The notes under the pieces: generated by a model | What the model was told of the DNA's origin: nothing | What the model saw: the letters and a program-made list of their open reading frames with translations, nothing else | The model's database searches: none | Translations under genes and position numbers: made by a program | Shown here: piece by piece, positions 39,318 through 53,200 of the stretch | Position numbering within the stretch: position 1 is the stretch's first letter | Layout: each line of letters opens with the position of its first letter | Assembly (NCBI RefSeq): GCF_000181795.1 | Contig: NW_003526940.1 | Span: forward strand, 3,199,293-3,263,292 | From: Trichinella spiralis | Taxonomy: Eukaryota | Direction of reading: 5' to 3' | DNA length: 64,000 nucleotides

Positions 39318-40799
39318 TGAAGCCACAAGACTGATGGCGGAACTCCTTTTCTGTCTGAAAACCTCTAATTGAAAAAAACAGAAATAAAATTTACTCGATG
39401 TACGTGAGTGAGATTTATCAAAATATATTTTAACGAACAGTTCGACAATAACCATATTTAAATGTTTTGGTTTTCTAAATAGTATATTAAGTTGCAAGCT
39501 GATTCAAAATGTTCAAAGCAACTTTTCTGTAATGAACAGTTCTCTGCTAATTAGAATACTTTTGCAAATATTGAACAGATCGGTTTGCGTATGCATTGAC
39601 TATTGCTAATGTTAAATATGCCAATTTTTTGTTTGAATAACTGAAGACTCTTTAAAAAGAAAATATGAACGCTATTTAATTGTCTATTAATTTTCATTTC
39701 ATAAAAATATATTTCCGTGTGTTATTACGCATTTTTCCAACAAATAAAATCATATTCTTATTATTTAAAACAGTCTGATAATATTTGAGTAAAGGACTCG
39801 TACTGTAAAGCGCTCATTTTGCAAAATGAAACTAATATTAACAATATGCACATTTTTTCGAAGCATTTTTTATCTCAAATATGCAAAAAACTTTAATATA
39901 ATTTATTCTGCAAATAAATTTCTTTCCCTAAATTGATATTTCAATATTTCAAGCAATCAATTTTGATCACATCTTACTTGGCATATTGCTTCTCACTACT
40001 TTTATTGCTCAACTAATATTTTATCCATAAAATAATAAATAATGAAAGATGAAAATTCAAGTCATTTTAAATAAAAACATCTAAGCAATAAATTTTTTAA
40101 AATTAGTATATGTTAAAATAAAATATTTATTTTCGGTACAATGGGTAAACATTTATTTTTCAAGTTTGCAAGCTATATTTATCTGATTAGTGATTGCCAT
40201 TTTTCAATTTTCTGTTCTTTCAAAACGATGATGTAGAATACACGTAATGACTTCTTCTGACAGCAAGCAGATTATTTTTAAACTTTCATTTAATAAAATT
40301 AAATAAATTTAAGATTTAAATTGATAAATGACCAAATGCATTGGTGGTGCACTCAAGTTTATAAATAAAATTTTCAACACAATGATGAATAACAGCGAGA
40401 GCTATGGCAGGGCACATTAAGCATTTGTAATCAGATCATTATAATTGTGTCATGCATTCATATCCATTATTTCCTCAAGCAGTTTAAATATTTGCGATTA
40501 TTTTCGTTTAGCAGAAAATGATTTTGGACATTAATTGAATGCTTTTTCAACAAAAATACAATTTTTACATGCAGAAGTTGGTAATGGAATTCATAATAAA
40601 TTTGTAAATTAGTCTGAAAAATCCTAAACATGCCAACCTATGTAAATTATCTAATTTAAGCTGTTTTTATGTTGCTTCACATATCTTTCAACATACCTAA
40701 ATTTCATTTATTATTTTAATTGTAACTTCATTAAAAAATCAGTTTCTATTTTATTATAACGTAAAGATATTACTTAAGAAAGAATCTGCTTGTTTGGCT

Positions 40800-41613
40800 T
40801 TGTTGAGCAACGGCAAATTTTAGTGATGGCACATTTTGAAACGATGGCACATATACTATTGCACACGGTTTCAATATTTATATGAAATCTATATGAAATG
40901 CTACAAAATTCAGTTGCTATAGCAGCACTGTAAATGCTGAACATGTTTTTGCTGCAGATGCATCAAATAAATTTACTGCATACGGCATACAACAATGAAC
41001 CACCCGGATATTCCACAAGTAACAAATGAAATCAAACAGTACAGGCAACCAGAACATGGCTTAAAATGCAAATTGGCCAGTCACATAATAATCATATATT
41101 AAGTTGTGTTAATCATAGATTCAAGAAACCAAGAAGCAGCTAGCTGGATTGTTCACACAGTATGAGGATTCCCAAAAGCGTTAAGAGGATACTTATTTCC
41201 ACTTGCAGAAATTCAGAAAAGACATTTGTTTATCTGTTTGACACTTAACGAAAGTAAAATTGATGCAATTGGTGAATTTAACTCTATGATATTTAACGTT
41301 ATATAAATCTCCTTTTCATGAACTTCGAGTAAATATTTAAATATCAAAAATGCATAAATGCGTTAAATTTGATTTATAATTTTATCAGATGTCATATAAA
41401 TGATTTATAGCGAGGACCATAAGAATTGCAATTCCATTTATATATCACAATGATGTACCTGATGCTAAAGCTGATTCGCTATAAAATCTTTAAAAATTGA
41501 TAAATACGGAATAAAGAGTTTTGCCACCACTAACAGTGACACTGAAAATTTCTTCTCCTGGACCAGGAAGATTGAAAGTGACAATTTACAGTACATGTGA
41601 AAAATCAAGACAT
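40800..41613 (+). pseudogene. DNase II-like pseudogene (remnants of exons 2-4)
   Basis: Recognisable EHVF..., WIVHTV*GFP (TGA at 41163), LFICLT and PFIYHNDVPDA with in-frame TAA at 41482 and 41512, plus frameshifts in exon 2. Exons 5-6 not found. Confidence 0.85.
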
Positions 41614-43315
41614 GGTAAATTAGCATTGTTATCGTTTAATTTCCATATTTAAAATTATGCAAAACTGCTTCAACAGCTATAAATTGAATTAATTTCCTTT
41701 TCTTTACTTATTATTTATTATTAATTTTCTTATTTAAATAATACATGCTGCAGAACAAACGGTGTTTTCTTTTTTAATATAACTAATCCCATAGCCAACG
41801 CTGAATTATGCCTTCTGCATCAAATAAATTTACAATATTTGCTTAAAATATCAACGATTTATTTTTGATAATGCCACGTAATCCATAGATTTCAAAGGAT
41901 GGATGTTTTACCCTAAGTAAGCACGTTTAATTATGATGTTCCAAAAATAAGTTTTACTTCGGTAAAAGATATTTTAGTAGTTCATTATCTGATTTATATT
42001 CCAATTTTATATAAATAAAAAAGCTGCTTAAACTTAAGAACTTGGGAAATTTTTTTCTGACGTTTCTGAGTTGTTCAACAGTATCTGTCCAAATCTTTGC
42101 TACAATTTTTATACACTGCAATTGAAAACCACGGCAAATAAAATGCTTTATTTTCACGATTTTAGGTTTAATGTGCTAATTTTTTTATTCATAATTATAG
42201 GAGATATAATCAAAGTTATGAATATTCCTAAAGTTTTTCTTCAATGAATGTTTAGTTATCAGTAATCAGCATTGATCTGAAACAAAATTCCAGAAAGTAA
42301 ATTAGGTAAATTGCACCAACTGAGATGCTTCAGTGAGAAAGAATATTGTTCAGGCATTCTCCTATTTGTAGTTTAATTAAAATTATTTCAATGTTATCAT
42401 TCTTCTTCTTTGCAAAGCTTGAAGATTTTGCACATGATTTGTTAACATGTAGCTGCCTTTTGCTTGGATAACAGCCTCTAGATTTTATCATCTAATAATG
42501 TTAAATTGTATATGACAGTAGTATATGATGTTTTCTGAATAAAGTATTCCATTTGAAACCAAGTAACTTCAAAATTTTTATCATACATTTAAATTTATAA
42601 TACAATTAAGAATATTTCATTTCATATAATCTAATTATTTACTTGAAAAGTTAAGATAACTTACTTAATTTTTAAAGAAATCAAACAGTAAGCATTAAAA
42701 TCCAATAATGTTTCAAAATAAATTTGCAATCTAACTTACAACGTAAAAGGACATTTAATTAATGAAATTCAAATGTGAATTTAAAGGGTATCATTGACAC
42801 AATGTTTTAGTTGTTAAGGCGTTCTGTGTTCATTATACTGCAAGAAAGCTCCATTGCGCATACTTTTTATAAAAGAAATTTCATATTTAAAAATCTGGTG
42901 CTATATTACTATGGAGTTATGAAAATTTAATTTTAGCAAAGTATAAAATATATCATGCATAAATACAGCATAAAATTGCAAACAATACAGCACATACAAT
43001 ATGACAAATTATGAATAAATATCAAAAAAAATAAAACGAAATACCTTACTGTGTAAAACTTACTGTTAGTAAAAGTAGAGAATAATTTCTTGAAAAGAAG
43101 TTTGACAACAGGATTAAGCAGTAACCGTTACTATTGCCGTATGCAAAAAATTAAACCCATTGAATGTTAAACAAATATATGCAGTATCAGTAAAATAAAT
43201 AAAATATTTATTTATAAAATTTATATGCTTTGTTTATTTGATCAGATCTTTCTTTTGAGTAAACTTGCTCATTAATCTCTAAATCATCATTCAATGCTCA
43301 GCATTAAATGTTAAC

Positions 43316-45286
43316 ATGTCGTTTAGTAAAAAGTATTTGATTAACTGCGTTAGATGGATTTTAATTTTGTGGGCTTATTTCCCCAATATTTCGCTAGCAA
43401 CATCGAAATGCCAAAATGCCGCGGGAGGAGCTGATGCAGATTGGTATGAGCTAATTTAAAACTATATTTATAAAAAGGATATTCCATAAATTTACAACCG
43501 GCAAAGATTTTAGATACGACAGTGCTAATTATAAGCATACTTTTTCTGTAAGATGACAAGTGCGCTTTAAACATTTTCATTAATAAATCACAATATTTCA
43601 AGCTTGTGCAGCTAATGAAATAATTAATATAATTACTTGAACGTCTCTTAAGGGCCATTTTATATAAAGCCCCTGCACAAAGCAACGGAAAGGTATTAGT
43701 AGAAGGTGCGGCTGCAAGCTGGGCAGGTAGCCCAGCTGCAGTTGCTGCAGATAATGGCCACTCATTTGCCAAAGCTCTGGAGCATGTCATTGCAGCGAAT
43801 GCAAATAACAAATTCATTTCATACAACAATCATCCGCCAGATGTTCCAAAAGTTAAAACAAAATCAAGCAGTAAAGGTAACAAGAGGGGAACTTTGACAT
43901 ATAATGGAACGTTCTGTACAGCATATACAACATTTAGGTGTTTTAATGATGGATATAACTGGCACTGATGCTGCAGCGTGGATTGTTCATACAGTACCAG
44001 GATTTCCAAAAGCACGAACAGGATACTTATTTCCTCCTGCAGAGGTTCAGAAAGGCCATCTACTGATATGTTTAACAATTAAGGAAGATCAAATTGACAC
44101 AATTGGTAAATACAAAAATAATGTGGTTTGTCTGGTAATATAATACGTAAAATGCATTTGGTTCCCAGTATTTCTAGAAGAAAGGAAATGCTTATAAAAT
44201 GCACTTCATTAACGTCTATATGAAATGTTATGCGAATAATTTTTAGCCCTGACATTGAGATTTGCAACTCCATTGATATACTACAATGATATACCAGATA
44301 CGGAGATGAATTCTCGTCCAAATTTGAAAAAACTGGTTTCTGGTGAATCAAGAGTCTTACCACCTTTAGCAGTAACAAAGGACACTACAACTGCAGCTGC
44401 TCAAAGTTTGAAAGTGACAATTTACAGCAAAGGTGAAAAATCAAGATATGGTAAATCAGTTTTGCTTTAATTTATAGATTTAAGTACTAGAATTAATAAG
44501 ATCACACTTCAAATTTCCACCTGTACATGTGAAGCAACTAAATTTTTATATTATTGTAATGCATGTTTAAAATAAAGGCTTTTGTTGAGATTAGCAATTT
44601 GAATTGAATTTGAACAACTTTGAACAATTGAATTGCGTAATAGCTATGCGACATTACGGTAAAAAATAATTTTTAGGAAGGTAGCAAAAGTGCACAAATC
44701 ATAAAAACTTAATAAAACATTAATGTTCAAGGAACTTTAATGAACTTTTATTGTCATTTATTTATAAAACGTATAAATATAATACAGTTAATAAAAATGA
44801 TTGATTAAATCAGCAATAAATTTAAAATTGAATAAAAAAACTGATAAAAATGAAATTTTAGTTTTAATTTCATTTATTTGAGAAAATGATTAAAACAATT
44901 TTTTTAGAGATTTACCGGAAAATACTCCTGAAAAAATTGAAATCTACAGTTAAAGTTTGGACAGCTAGAGATAAGAAATTGAAAAGTGATTGTAGAATCT
45001 CTGGGAAAAATATAAGATTAGTAACAAGTCCTATATCTGTAAACGGTGATCAAAGTACACTTGAAAATGATGTTTCTCAGTGGTTAGTCACTGAAACAGG
45101 AAATAAATTCTGTGCTGTTGACAAACCTTATCAAGTAACTTTAGATTCTTTGAAAAGCAGTTATTTGAAAAAACATTAATTTAGAAAAGTCAAGCAATGG
45201 AACCTGCAATGGCAGTATGCATTGATGATGCCACCATTTCTGCTCGTTTCAAAGAAATTGCACAGAATGTGGAAAACTGCTCATGA
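43316..45286 (+). CDS. DNase II / plancitoxin-1-like secreted protein, copy C
   Basis: Exons 43316-43443, 43653-43876, 43938-44105, 44247-44450, 44908-45134, 45185-45286. Same structure and motifs as copies A and B. Confidence 0.9.
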
Positions 45287-46191
45287 AATTTTTTTGTGGT
45301 TTCTTAAATTGATCATAGCATTCATATTGAAACTCTTTTGACGACTCAAATATTCTTGCATGTGAAGTTAAAAGGAAATTTTTTCATGCACTTCGTTAAT
45401 AAATAATTCAAGAAACTTTATCAGCGCCTCTTTTAAAGTAAACTAGATTTGTATTCTTATTGTTCATTGCTCTCTATCTTCTCACCATTAACTTGCAGTA
45501 TCTAGTACAGTAAATAAATGAAGTTTGAATTATATATATGTGCATCATTCAATTGGTTTGCACCGCAGATTTATTTGCCTTGTTTCTGTATAAATATTTC
45601 CTAGACAAACTTATTAATTATGCAAAATGATTCGACTGTTGAAAAGAACTCAGTGATGAGCATTCATAGAGATTACAGTACGTGCTGACTCATTTCTTAA
45701 CATATGTACTAAAAAATGAGATCGCTGATTATCCTCTTCCTAACTCTTGCGCCATCGTTTTGTAGCTTTTCATTTTCAGATGTATTATCTTGCAAGTCGT
45801 TAATTTCACCTATTTATAGCAATATTAGGGATCAATTGCGCTAATGTGTATTCAACAAGCATATGCACACGCACACACATAGAATGCCCATGAAACCCCA
45901 AAAATCTTTTTTGTATTATAATATAATTTAAAAAGCAATCTTTTCAACTTTGTTCTACTTCCATGCTACAAACGATTGCAGTACAAAAAAAATTAATTTC
46001 ATCATTGCTTTGACATAGGAGATGTTCAGCCATATAATAATGGCCAGTATTTGCATATTTGCACAATGAAGCAACCATTAACCTACACATGTTGATATCT
46101 GCTAAGCATCTGATTAACATTTAGCAAAGTAATAATTCAAATCTTTCATAATTTTTAAATTTTTAGCATTTTGATTTATAACCTATACTTA

Positions 46192-48056
46192 CCCAATGTT
46201 CCTTAAATGGAACAAAGCTTTTAGAGCACCTAACACTACTTTCATACCAATGTTCTTCTTCATATTTTTGCAAATGAATTCTTTGAATGGTATATTTATA
46301 AAAACATTTCATCGAATTCATCTTAGATATATCATTATGCTTTTATTAATCAAGAAAATCAGCAAAAATTAACTTCTTGATACAGCTCAAATTCTTCCCT
46401 AACAGTTTAATATCCACTGTGCTCAACTAATTTTAAGGGACGCATTCTTGTAGCTGATTTATTACTCTATTTGCATATGTAAAGAACATGATTATACTCT
46501 TGTTTTGAAATTAATAGCTGATAACAAATATTAATGTCCCGTATGCTAAACATTAGGGTGTTGACGACAAAAAATGGCAGCAAATAGGTTAGGGATATTT
46601 TGTTTGAAACAGTGACTCAGACTCTGCTTTCATGGTCAGCTGCTTTCTGACTACGTTTTATTAGATCCACTCTTCTAACATGGTTGTGAGCAGTTGCTCA
46701 GCTATGCCCAACCAACTGCTGGGGTCATATCACTCCCAAATACCAAAATCTGTGAGCACCTTGCACTGGAAAGCAGTTGTTATATAGAACATAGATATGT
46801 ATAGAACCAGGTGTAAAGCAGTTGACGGAAATCAATATTCGCTTTTCTTTATCCTCTAAGACAAATGTACAGGTGCAGGCTACTTGAGCTAGCATTGTCC
46901 AGTATGGCATGTTTCATGAGCAGCTTATCGTGGATGAATCGTTGTTGCCATACTTTGGTCACCATGGAGCAGAATGTTTATGAAAGCTAAGCTGACTGGC
47001 TGCAAAGTCTGGTTGCTGTGTGGGAGCAATGTCATACCCTTATCATATGATTATTTATCAAGGGAAAGAATGTTAAGCTTCAAAAATGTCTTTGAGCACC
47101 AGAGCTGTCACTGCCATGGTCGATGTTATTCAAAAAAACTCGCAAACTTTCAGGCATACATTGTACTTTGACAACTTCTTCACCTGTTATTACCTATTTG
47201 CCAAGTTGGCTAAATTCAACATGGAAGTCACCGCAACAATCTGACCATATCGCACCGATGGCGCTGCCAAAATGATGCAGCCGGGCAAAGAACTGATGAA
47301 ACAAAAGTGAAGTGCTTTCGACTATCGCAGCGATCAAAAGATTCATGTGGTTAAGTGGAAGGACAACGCCGTCGTAAAGATAGCCACTAACTACATGACT
47401 CACAGTCCTTTATGCGGTATTTAACTACGAGACAAAAGTCAGAGAACAGAAATACCGATGCTCTATTTAGTTCGATTATGTAACATTGGTATGGGAGGAG
47501 TAGACATTCTTGATCGACTGGCAATAACCTACTGCCTGACCATAAAGCCAAAAATGGTATTGGTCTTTATTTATCAACACGCTGAACGTAGCAACTGTGG
47601 CAGCTTGGTGTAGTCACTGTTTTATCGAGAAAAGATGACTCATCTACCTGGAATTTTATTGCCATGTTGTCCTCAGCTTACTACAGCTAAATCGAAGTGC
47701 ACCAGCAAAGGCAGAAGCAGTTTTTTTGTCGCAATGCCCTAAAATCCGGTTCGATGGTGTAAACCATATTCTTTGTACAGGACCACAGGGACGTTGTGAA
47801 GTATGCATATGAAACACACAGAATATGCAAAAAATGCAATGCTCGTCTTCACGCAGAGTGGGGCAAGCAGTGCTCTGACATTCACCATAGTTCAAAATGA
47901 AATATCCCATAAATCCTTGTATATCGATGTTTTACCACATATTATCAAGATTTACCTTATTTGAAAAATAAAAGCAAATGTTTTACGTACCTGATATTTT
48001 CTTGAGAACAGCCCAATGTTTACTAAATGGAACATGCCATAATTCCACAATGGGTA
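46192..48056 (+). mobile_element. Fossil piggyBac (PGBD-like) DNA transposon
   Basis: Frameshifted transposase fragments: IVDESLLPYFGHHG (about 46927), DNFFT (about 47170), WKDNAVVKIATN, GMGGVDILD, KWYWSLFINTLNVATVAAW and a Cys-rich tail GRCEVC...CNARLH. Ends CCCAATG...CAATGGG. The left boundary is uncertain. Confidence 0.85.
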
Positions 48057-48394
48057 TTCATAGAAATGTCTAACACTAATACTTCCTTAGATGTAAATTA
48101 AATGATTATTCTTTAAATGTTCATATTCATATTCTTTAAATGATTATAAAATAACTTCATAAAAATTAAACTATACAGTACATCTGAGTAAATCGATTAG
48201 TTAAAGTTTATCATGAATGCTATATTGTTTAAACATTAAACAACAAATTTTAAACAATTCAAACTTTAAAATATTTTGAATGTAGGGAAAGTTTCGACCG
48301 AACCTTGATCAGTTTAGGAGGTTGGCCGACGACAGAAGCTGTTGCTTTCTCTTCTGTACACTTTGAGTCTTAGTCTGAAAAAAACTGCACAAAT

Positions 48395-49396
48395 ATGGAT
48401 GACCAATTGGAAACCGCTTATGAAGCTAAATTCAGCGTGCTTGATATGGACATGGCTAAGAAAGCCCAGGGTGCGTCCAAAGCGGCAGGTCCTATAAATG
48501 AAGCAGAGCAAAAAAGACAAGCAGAATTGATGAAGCAGGCTAGCATTGCTGTCCAGTCAGCGTTGGGTGAGCAGGCATCTGCTGTAGGTAGGCGTGTCTT
48601 TTTCGCTCGCCATGGTGAACGAATGGATCGTGTTTTCCCTGCTTGGACGCGGTTGTCTTATACAGAATCTGGAAATTACAAACCGTATGACATGAACATG
48701 CCAATATCGATGGTTCCACGATTGAACGGAGTTAATGATTTTTATGATGATCCACCGATTACTGAACTTGGTTATTTTGTATCTCAGTTGATTGGACGAG
48801 GAGCAAAATTGAACTGCATAAACTTCGACACTGTCTACTGTAGTCCAGCACTGCGATGTGCGCAAAGTGCGCACGGGATGTTGAAAGCATTTACTAAAAC
48901 AAAGCCAAAAATTTGTATCGAACCAGGATTGTTCGAATATATGGGATGGTATAAAGAAGAGAATTTGAACTTCCTGAGCACTTTGGAAATGGCCGTACAA
49001 GGTTATGAAGTAGATCCTGATTATTTTCCAGTGATCAGTTGTGAGGATTTGAAAACGAAATACAAAAATGAAACTATAGAAGAATATTACAAACGTACCG
49101 GCGATGTGATTGGTAGTATTCTGAGCAAGCATACCAAATCACCGTGCAATATATTATTTGTTGTTCATGCACCTACCCTTGATGCAGGCAGTCGATTTTT
49201 GACAAAGAAAACAGCGAATGTGCCGGATGTAAATGATCTGAAGCAAGTTGGTGTCCATTATCCATTTGGATCTGTTGTGGCATTAGAAGAGAACAAGTCC
49301 GACAATACTTGGAAACTTATGCACTGCGCTTTGCCATCAATTTCTTTCTTGGACTGTACTAACCGTATCGATTTCAAATTTTTCAACCGTCCTTAA
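48395..49396 (+). CDS. Histidine phosphatase (PGM superfamily), Sts-1/UBASH3/ecdysteroid-phosphate-phosphatase-like, single coding exon
   Basis: RHGERMD, DPPITELG, YCSPALRCAQSA, IEPGLFE, ETIEEYYKR and FVVHAPTLD. No UBA or SH3 domain; an in-frame stop lies upstream of the ATG. Confidence 0.88.
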   Translation: MDDQLETAYEAKFSVLDMDMAKKAQGASKAAGPINEAEQKRQAELMKQASIAVQSALGEQASAVGRRVFFARHGERMDRVFPAWTRLSYTESGNYKPYDMNMPISMVPRLNGVNDFYDDPPITELGYFVSQLIGRGAKLNCINFDTVYCSPALRCAQSAHGMLKAFTKTKPKICIEPGLFEYMGWYKEENLNFLSTLEMAVQGYEVDPDYFPVISCEDLKTKYKNETIEEYYKRTGDVIGSILSKHTKSPCNILFVVHAPTLDAGSRFLTKKTANVPDVNDLKQVGVHYPFGSVVALEENKSDNTWKLMHCALPSISFLDCTNRIDFKFFNRP

Positions 49397-50230
49397 GTTT
49401 AATCTGAAATTATTTAAATTTTCTTACTAAATTGTTTGTTTATTATTTCATTTTTTCTTATTATCTGTAAATGTTTACTGTTTATCAGTTAATTTTATCA
49501 ATGTAATTCATATAAACTGATTAAGGTGATTTAATTTAACAAAGAACACAATTTATGGATTTTTTCATTAGAGTTAGAAATGATTTGTAGTCACTTGTTT
49601 GACAATGTGATATTACTATATTTATTTTATTTGATGCACATTCTTAAATTAAAATTTCATTTATATGGTGTTGCACAAAAAACACATTGTTCAACTAATT
49701 TTTCTATTATGCGCAAATAATAACAAGAAACTTGATAAAATTTTAATATTATTTCACAAACTTCACAGCAATTACCAGAATTCAATATTTCGTTTAAATG
49801 CTGGCTATTGACAGCACTTTATTTGTTTATTTGTTTGTTTAAGAATTAAACGACGTTTACTTTTCAGCCATGTTAAACTGTTAGCATATTTGTTGAAAAT
49901 ACAATTCAGATCAAAACTCATGACAATTAAGAAATACAATTTCTAAAAAGAATCTGAAAAGTAATAAAATTATACATTCATAATGCAAAACAAATTCATC
50001 ATTAAAATTATTGTTCTGTATTATTTCATTATTCAAAAAAAGTATAATTAACACATAATTTCATTTGCACTGAATAAAACCGAACAAATGTTGTTTATCA
50101 CAGTGAACAAAGAAAAAATTGCACACAGAGTGAAAACAATTTCTTTTTTAATACAAAAACCATTTAAGCGTAAATATGTTTGAAAAGAAAGGCTGGATGT
50201 TAATAATTCATAAAACAAACAAAAACAAAA

Positions 50231-53200
50231 TTAATCATCACGAGAGAATTTCAACTTTTTAAAATTGAAACGTTTTTTACGTTTCGAGTCTGCATTGTCG
50301 GCCAAATCTTCACCAATGCTTCCGCTCATCGAAGAACTGACGCTCACCAATTTGTCCGAGTCGGCAATTTTCGACCACGACGCAGAATGTTTAATGCGAC
50401 CATCACAGCTCATTGTCAATGGACCATTTTTCACAGGATCATTTTTTACAGTAGGATAACTTAATAAAATGCAAACTGTATAAAACATCCTGAAGTTCTA
50501 TTTTGTGTAATCAAACAGTCGAACATTTTTTTCTTTTTTAGGCATATATCACCATTGATGAAATAGTAAGTAAACTGCGAGATTCATTTTTAATAGTGAG
50601 AAAAGAATAAAGAAAAATCGGAATAAAAAAATTTACATAAAAAATTTTAAAATAACTTACGTTAAACGGTCGAAATAAATAAGTTGTTCACTTACTGTAT
50701 TAGGTCCTCAACTTCTTCAGATCGAGTAAGGTAATTCTGAAGAGGCCAACCTGCAGCAGAATGTGAAAATACTTCCGACGCTGATTTCATAGCATTCGAC
50801 GTTGCCACATATCCAGATCCGGACGGTAATACTGTTGTCAAAATGAAATTATTTTAGGTCAATATTTGAATATCAATCAATTTTCAAAACATCACTCATT
50901 AGATTTAAATCTTTGAAGTATGCACGCACAACTGCAATAAGTGAATAGGTAAATTACAACCAAATTAATAAAGTTCACATTTAACAACACTAAACAATAA
51001 ATATATTATATTAGCAATGATGCTGATATGTACCATGAGTCCCAAATGCTGCTACAGAAGGTTGCAAAGCTGCTGCTGATTGCACGAGTGAATTGATAGC
51101 ATAAATTTGGCTACCGGGTCGCGGTGCTTTCATAACCAAAGCTTCGGGATAATCGTTTCCCCGTGTAGAATTTACAATTGAAAAGCCACACAGCAGTTCA
51201 ATTCTTGACCACCTCTGCTGCTGTTCTTCCAATGAACACGCTGTGCGTTCCATCTTTTGCCTGAATATAATGCAAAAATCTTATGTATATTCTGATTATT
51301 GAAGCAATGAACAAAAATATGACACAAAAAAAAAACGATATGTATATATACATATATACTTCAAATTTAAAAGACGTCGATCAATTTGTTCACTCTCTGA
51401 ACCGTGCACACTGCGAATTTGACTTAACAAACTGCTGTGCTTTTTACGAAGCTTTTCAACCTTAATGGACAATAAACATAGCTCTAGCTGTAAATAAATT
51501 CATTTCAACATGTCACCAACCCATTCCCGGGCTTCTTGCATTTCTTTTAAATTATCAATTTTTTCCTGATTCAGTCGACTAAATTCCAATTCGAATGTTT
51601 TAATCAGCAGCTGTCTTAACATTGGCAATCGCCCTTCCAATGCTCGTTCCGCTTCCATTGCTTTCGAGCGTTTCTAAAAATACCATCAACAAACACTTTC
51701 ATGGTATTTTTTTTCATTAATAAATCTTCTACCCGTTCCAATTCTTCACAATCAACACCACCGGTATCTTCGCCTTCAGTTGTTTGACAATGAAACTGTG
51801 ATTCTTCCAATCTATACATGTGCAATGATTTATAAAATAATAAAGATAATTTCAAATTTATAATACTTCTTTTGAAGATTAGTAAAATCTTGTTCCATAT
51901 CTTTAAGGCGATCCAAATGAGTTGTCAAATTATGCAATTTCTTCTGCGCTGATTTGCGTTGCAAAACAGCAAACCAATAACTGCTTATGGCCAATACCAA
52001 TAATGCGATCAATATAATATCTTTAGCATAGCTGGAAGTTGCTGAATAGTTTAAAATAATAAATAAATAAATAAAAGAAAGCAGTGCAGATAGATGATTT
52101 GAAAATTAAAATAAAAACAAATTTACGTGGCCTGTAACCAAAAAGAACAACATCCAACGCTTTAAGTTGCAATTTCTGTCTGTGAACCGGATTAGTGATA
52201 CCCAACACGTTTGTCATGTAATTCGCATCTGGTGAAGCTAACCTTAAAAAAGAAAAAAAAAGAAATTAAAATAAAAAAGATGATAATAACAAAAACTACC
52301 TTGGCAATGAAGTACCGTTTAACATAAATTTTTCAAATATTTCTTTGTATTGAGGCAATTCAACAACGTTGATCAACCAATTGATCGTCTGATCGACATT
52401 CCAACAGCGTACTGCAAACAGGGACGTCACTATCACTACTACGAATAAGCAATAAACAGTAAAATTACAAACAACAGCACCTTCGGAAAGAATCCACCGA
52501 TACCAGAGATCATCGACTGTGATGTACTCGTCATTGTTTTGATGAAAAACTTTCTGCCGTCGTACAACGCGATCTTTGTCTTGAATTTGCAATTCCTCTT
52601 TCACGAACTGAAATTAAACATTTTTTTTCACACGACTCTGCATTTCATAATTCAACAATAAATACACTAACGCATAATTCACATGGAAAACATATGCATA
52701 ACAATATTGTGGATACTGGAGTAAAAAGAGAGATTAAAAAAAGAAGGAAAACTTCATTAAGTAAAATTAAAAACTGATATATATACATATATGCATAGAA
52801 TCAATTCTTGTGAGTTGAAAGTTGATCATCAATCAGTATTTTCAAGTGATAATGATTCATCAAAAAGTTTGCAAAAATGATTTTTAACATTTTTTCTTAG
52901 AACTTGCTGCTGCACTCCTACGCATCCTACTATTACTCTACTAAATTCGCCATTTTAACAAGTCTATCAAGATTTTTCATTAACATGTTCAAATTAAATA
53001 AAATTAAATGTAAACTATGCCACTGAGCTCAACTGAGAAACTACTTTTACAAAAAATTTTTACCTTAATTATCATTAAAATCTAAAAATTGCAATCGCCA
53101 CTACCAGGTCGTACCCCCACCCACCTAAGAGGTGTCAATCGGTTGAAAATGAGCAGTATTATATTAAACAAAATTTAATAAAATAAAATGTCAATTTTAT

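Noticed and set aside
48557..49132. 191-aa minus ORF; similarly 20882-21418 and 43350-43829
   Set aside because: Antisense to well-supported coding or transposon sequence.
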